Assembly (NCBI GenBank): GCA_013152275.1
Contig: JAADGS010000023.1
Span: 45,152-65,151 of the forward strand
Length of the DNA: 20,000 nt
Reading direction: 5' to 3'
Origin: Actinomycetota bacterium
GTDB taxonomy: Bacteria > Actinomycetota > Acidimicrobiia > Spongiisociales > UBA4744
In this document: piece by piece, positions 16,310-20,000 of the stretch
Layout: each line of letters starts with the position of its first letter
Numbering within the stretch: the first letter of the stretch is position 1
Translations under genes and position numbers: made by a program
Notes under the pieces: model-generated
Database searches by the model: none
Seen by the model: only the letters and a program-made list of their open reading frames with translations
Told to the model about the DNA's origin: nothing

Positions 16310-18331
16310 TCAGTCGCTCATCTTCACGGCGGCCGGCATACCGTTCAGGTTCGCCAATCCATCCAACACGTCCGTGAAGGGGAAGATCAGCTTGCTGTTG
16401 TACGCCTCGAGCACCGGTGTGGTGAACAGGACCAGATAGGGAAGATCCTTGACGATCTTCGCATCCATTGCCTGCACCGCCTTCTTGGCCTCGGGGATGG
16501 TCGTCGCTGCCAGGAACTCCTTCGCGAGTGCGTCGAAGTCGGCGTTGTTGTAGCCGGGGGTGTTGAACCCACCGTTCGCCGAGTCCTGCCATGAGGCGAA
16601 GAACGCTTCGTGGAAGTCCGGGAGTGCCGGGTTTCCGAGACCCCAACCAAGGATGTACATGTCCCAGTCCTTGGCCTTTTCACCTTCCGCGAAGACCTTG
16701 TCGACAATGACGTTGAAGCCGGTGGCGTTCGCCTTGACGGGAACACCCAGCCAACCGGCCCATTGGGCGATCCAGATCGAGGCCGTCGACCGCAGCGGGT
16801 CGTAGCCGGGTCCGGGAGCCAGCAGCTCTAGTTCCGGAACGAGCTTGCCGTCAGGATCTTTGAGTCCTGTACCGGTACCAGGAAGCAGGTTGCCTGCGGT
16901 GCTGTCGTCCCATGCGGGCTCGACATCCCAGGTGAAACCGGCGTCCTTGAAGTACTGGATGGCCTGATTGAAGCGCTCTTGCTCACTGAGGCCCTTACAG
17001 ATCTGCTCCACGTTGGGATTTGCCCACGCGGTGTTCCCTTCCGGAACAAGGCTGTACGCCGGGATGATGGCTCCGCCAAGCAGGGTCTGAAGGAATTCCT
17101 TCTGTGTCAGGCAGGCGATGCCCTGACGGAATCCAAGGTACTTCATCGGTGTCTTACGCATGTTGAACGCCAGATACCGGAATCCGTTGGACGGGTTCGC
17201 GATCAGCGTCAACTCGGGCGAGTTGAGAACTTCGTTCTTCAACCCGGTGTTCAGTCCGATCGGGTTCAACATGAAGTCGATCTCACCGCTCTTGAGCGCC
17301 AGAATTGCCGCGTTCTGATCGGAGTAGATCGAGTAGATGACGTCCTTGGCGAACGGGCCCTCACTGTATTGAAGGGTCACGGTGCCGGTGCCGGAGCCGT
17401 CGTACTTCTCATCGAAGCCCTTGTCTGCGTTCGCCTGCTCGAACGTGCCATCGCTGTAGAACGTGTACTGCGTTCCGGCGTAGTAGGCCTTCGGGTTGGC
17501 GACGTTCTTGGCGTACGCCCCAGGCTCACGACTGTCATAGATGAATGCTCCGGCAGAGGGCTCGCCCTCGCCAGAAGCGGCATACAACGTCGTCGATGGA
17601 TCGTCGGATGCTGCGGCCTCGTCTACGACCGACTGCCAGAAGTGCTGCGGCATGATCGGCATCAGGCCGATACCCATCTGCCACACGGCCAGGCCTGGCT
17701 GGCTCGAGAACGTGATCTTGACGGTGTAATCGTCGACTGCCTCGACGGTCTTGATGCCGTCGGCGGACTCGTCCACGTCCGTGGTCGCCGGGTCATCCGG
17801 CGAGTACAACGAAAGTGACCCGGCCCAGTTGCCGCCCAACTTGAAGTCGGGACCTGCGGTGTTGAACGTGAAGGCCACGTCCTTTGCGGTCACCGGCTCT
17901 CCGTCGGACCACAGGTAACCCTGGCGCAGTTGTTGCGTCACGACCCAGTCGTCGCCGACTTGTTCGGCGTTGTTCGGTTGTCCGGTCGCCAGGTCCGGCA
18001 CGAGCTGCCAGGTCGGCGCCGCCAGGGTGAACAACCCCGGGTGTTGGTTTCCGAGGACGTATGCGTTCCAGACGGAAGCCTCAGGGTCCATATAGGCCCA
18101 GAAGTTGTCTGTCGTCAGATCCTCAAAAACACCAAGTTTGTATGTAAAGCCCGTCGCAGCCGGAGCAGCAGCCGTCGTCGTCGTCGCAGCCGGAGCCGCT
18201 TTCGTCGTCGTCGTCGCAGCCGCCGTCGTGCTGGTGGACTCTGTGGTGGTTCCCTGGCCGCAGGCTGTCGCGACGAGCGCAAGCAGCGCAACGACCGCGA
18301 TCCACGTCCAGAGTCTCCGTGGTGTTCTCAC
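16310..18331 (-). CDS. oppA: ABC transporter substrate-binding lipoprotein, family 5 (OppA/DppA-like)
   Basis: GTG 18331 with SD GGAGG, lipobox VATA-C, Thr/Ala linker, WSDGEPVTAKDVAFTF, VEAVDDYTVKITF, YLAFNMRK and NTPGYNNADFD. Confidence 0.92.
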   Translation of the reverse strand: MRTPRRLWTWIAVVALLALVATACGQGTTTESTSTTAAATTTTKAAPAATTTTAAAPAATGFTYKLGVFEDLTTDNFWAYMDPEASVWNAYVLGNQHPGLFTLAAPTWQLVPDLATGQPNNAEQVGDDWVVTQQLRQGYLWSDGEPVTAKDVAFTFNTAGPDFKLGGNWAGSLSLYSPDDPATTDVDESADGIKTVEAVDDYTVKITFSSQPGLAVWQMGIGLMPIMPQHFWQSVVDEAAASDDPSTTLYAASGEGEPSAGAFIYDSREPGAYAKNVANPKAYYAGTQYTFYSDGTFEQANADKGFDEKYDGSGTGTVTLQYSEGPFAKDVIYSIYSDQNAAILALKSGEIDFMLNPIGLNTGLKNEVLNSPELTLIANPSNGFRYLAFNMRKTPMKYLGFRQGIACLTQKEFLQTLLGGAIIPAYSLVPEGNTAWANPNVEQICKGLSEQERFNQAIQYFKDAGFTWDVEPAWDDSTAGNLLPGTGTGLKDPDGKLVPELELLAPGPGYDPLRSTASIWIAQWAGWLGVPVKANATGFNVIVDKVFAEGEKAKDWDMYILGWGLGNPALPDFHEAFFASWQDSANGGFNTPGYNNADFDALAKEFLAATTIPEAKKAVQAMDAKIVKDLPYLVLFTTPVLEAYNSKLIFPFTDVLDGLANLNGMPAAVKMSD
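18152..18230. repeat. Coding low-complexity tandem repeats ((GTC)4-GCAGCCG units) encoding the Thr/Ala-rich linker of OppA
   Basis: gtcgtcgtcgtcgcagccg occurs twice and cgtcgcagccggagc twice. They translate to TTAAATTTTKAAPAATTTTAAAPAAT. Confidence 0.8.
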
Positions 18332-18799
18332 AGTGCAACCCTCCGTAGGTCTTCCCAATACCTTCGCGTTCACCGGCGGAGAGCCCGCCCGAAGACAGCA
18401 ACCCGTCGGGAACGCTACAGAGGTTAGCCCTCCCGCGACGCCGCGCCAACAGCCTGGGGCCAGGATCTGCCAGCTGCGTCATGCCCGTTTTCCGCAGCCT
18501 GGTGTCTCGGGGTCGAGGGATTCGCGGTGGAGTCCGCTCGCTGGTCCGGGGACTGCCGGTTCGGAGCGGGTTCGCCGCCAGGCTCGGGGACCCGTCCCGA
18601 GATAGGCTCGTGGACCGTATCCACTACTCGAAGAGATCCAGTCGAACTCTGTCGCGGAGTGTGCGGGGCCGTGTCGAGAACATCCGTTGCCCCGACAGCG
18701 CTCTGCGGGTTTGCTGGTCGGGGCCGACCGGTCGCGAAAGGACGCCGATCCTGGGTCCTCACGTCGGCCGACGCGGCCATGAATCGGCAGATACATCAC

Positions 18800-18805
18800 T
18801 AGCCT
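18800..18805 (+). promoter_or_regulatory. -10 element TAGCCT of a putative leaderless transcript
   Basis: TANNNT hexamer exactly 6 nt before GTG 18812, with no SD upstream. Confidence 0.5.
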
Positions 18806-18811
18806 GTGCGG

Positions 18812-19660
18812 GTGGGACGTATTGCCAACACCGTGCAACTTGCCAAGGCTTCGTGGCAGGTCCTCGAGGCCGACAAGGAACTGCTCCTGCTGCCCATCAT
18901 GTCCTTCATCGCGACGAGCATCGTGGCGGCCACGTTCTTGGTGCCGATCTTCGTGGCGGGCGGCGTCGCAACGCAGGGGCTGAACGCAGTCGGCTTCATC
19001 ATCTTCGCAGTCATGTATGTCTCTCTGGCGTTCGTGACGATCTTCTTCAACGCCGCCCTGGTGATGGCGGCCGACGAGCGACTGCGGGGTGGCGACCCGA
19101 CTCTGAGGAGTGCTCTTCGAGGGGCTTGGCGGCACGTCGGGCGGATCTTGCCGTGGGCAATCGTGTCGGCCACCGTATCGGTCATCCTACGGGTGATCGA
19201 GGAACGGTCCAGCATGCTCGGACGGATCGTCGCAAGCATCTTCGGCGTGGCCTGGTCGATGGCCACGTTTCTCGTGATCCCGGTCCTCGTCATGGAAGAC
19301 GTCGGGGTGGTCGATGCAGTTCGACGATCCGGCTCGCTGTTCAAACAGACGTGGGGGGAGAATGTGGCTGCTCAGGTCGGCTTCGGACTGTTGGGCTTCC
19401 TCGCCGCCCTCCCGGCGGTTGTCCTCGTTGCGCTGAGCGTCGGGGCCGGTGCAGGGCTTGTCGGGGTGGCCATCGTGGTTGGCGTGATGTGGGTCGTGAC
19501 GGTTGCCGTGGTTTTGGCGTCGTTGAATGGCATCTTCCAGGCGGCGCTGTACCGCTACGCGGTGGACGGCCGGATACCCGGTGAGTATTTCTCTCATGAA
19601 GCGCTCTCCACCGCCTTCGCTCCCCGACGTCGCCCCGGTTTCACCGAAAGCGGCATCTAG
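18812..19660 (+). CDS. Multi-pass membrane protein, DUF6159-like
   Basis: MGRI..LAKASWQVL.ADKELL, FFNAALV, ILPWAIVSATV, WSMATFLVIPVLV.ED, RSGSLFKQTWGE and ALYRYA. GTG 18806 is an alternative start. Confidence 0.82.
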   Translation: MGRIANTVQLAKASWQVLEADKELLLLPIMSFIATSIVAATFLVPIFVAGGVATQGLNAVGFIIFAVMYVSLAFVTIFFNAALVMAADERLRGGDPTLRSALRGAWRHVGRILPWAIVSATVSVILRVIEERSSMLGRIVASIFGVAWSMATFLVIPVLVMEDVGVVDAVRRSGSLFKQTWGENVAAQVGFGLLGFLAALPAVVLVALSVGAGAGLVGVAIVVGVMWVVTVAVVLASLNGIFQAALYRYAVDGRIPGEYFSHEALSTAFAPRRRPGFTESGI

Positions 19661-19677
19661 GGGAAGACGGGGCGCCG

Positions 19678-19962
19678 CTATCTCCAGGATCTCCCGAACC
19701 GTTCCTCGGTAGATGCTCGGTATGACGGATCGGCTGGGATCTGCCGAACTCCCCGGCCGTCGATGCACTCGCCGGGCTCGGACCAAGCGATCGTCATGCT
19801 GGATTCTGTCGTCGGCCGATCGAGGAATGTTCTCGCGTCGAAGGCTTGTTCGGGGAGCCGAGCACCGGCATCTACCTCCCCGATGAGTGAGGCGACGGTG
19901 GCGAGCGCGTCCGCGGTGGCCTGCGATTCACCGACGGCCTCCAGGAGGGCTGTCGCCGTCAA
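19678..19962 (-). CDS. Possible small hypothetical protein or gene remnant
   Basis: 94 codons with mostly G/C third positions in the first two-thirds. No recognisable family, and the TTG start sits at the base of a terminator-like hairpin. Confidence 0.25.
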   Translation of the reverse strand: MTATALLEAVGESQATADALATVASLIGEVDAGARLPEQAFDARTFLDRPTTESSMTIAWSEPGECIDGRGVRQIPADPSYRASTEERFGRSWR

Positions 19963-19983
19963 ACCCCCACCTTCGGCGGGGGT
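19961..19983 (-). terminator. Putative intrinsic terminator of an upstream minus-strand gene (TGA at 19995-19993)
   Basis: ACCCCCGCC-GAA-GGTGGGGGT-TT pairs fully only on the minus strand (G-U pair). It lies 9 nt after a TGA and has a short U-tract. Confidence 0.5.
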
Positions 19984-20000
19984 CGAGAACGATCACCGTC

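Noticed and set aside
879..17818. Long plus-strand ORFs (e.g. 879..1826, 3406..4929, 6156..7613, 8535..9857, 11927..12892, 12976..13935, 15295..16377)
   Set aside because: Antisense shadows of well-supported minus-strand genes, as expected in high-GC DNA. They have no motifs and often cross gene boundaries.
18152..18230. Tandem repeats considered as a CRISPR or contingency locus
   Set aside because: In-frame trinucleotide-based coding repeats for a Thr/Ala linker, with no spacers and no cas genes.
18345..18400. FMN-riboswitch-like ends (GTCTTCGGGCGGG...TGGGAAGAC) in the oppA leader
   Set aside because: Only about 50 nt long and lacks the conserved internal FMN aptamer segments.
18424..19584. 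ORFs 18481..19584 (+), 18424..18780 (-), 18479..19135 (-) and 18527..18802 (+)
   Set aside because: Arg/Gly/Pro-rich and motif-free, and most overlap the real membrane-protein gene out of frame or antisense.

Overview
A GC-rich chromosomal window from an actinobacterium, probably Acidimicrobiia-like judging from gene content. Almost everything from 561 to 18331 is one co-directional minus-strand run. In transcription order it contains a peptide/nickel-type ABC importer (oppABCDF), pgsA2, gcvH, garA-like FHA, ftsR-like MerR, a D,D-carboxypeptidase, an hpt-like PRTase, DUF151, a K+ channel-RCK protein, mcdR-like MerR, a nuclease-fold protein, gcvT, gcvPA, gcvPB and an alpha/beta hydrolase. The run is flanked by a partial adenosine deaminase (+) and a DUF6159-like membrane protein (+). 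The core is a remodelled version of the mycobacterial Rv1822-Rv1832 cluster. Four signals stand out. (1) A T7 endonuclease I-like PD-(D/E)xK protein lies directly after mcdR and lacks the catalytic Lys. (2) The mcdR promoter combines paired DnaA boxes over its -35 element with an McdR-type operator. (3) Two gene junctions look like CTG starts coupled to the upstream TGA stop (CTGA). (4) The HPRT-like protein has lost the catalytic Ser-Tyr loop. I see no mobile elements, CRISPR arrays, tRNA or rRNA genes. All family assignments come from motif recognition by eye; no searches were run.
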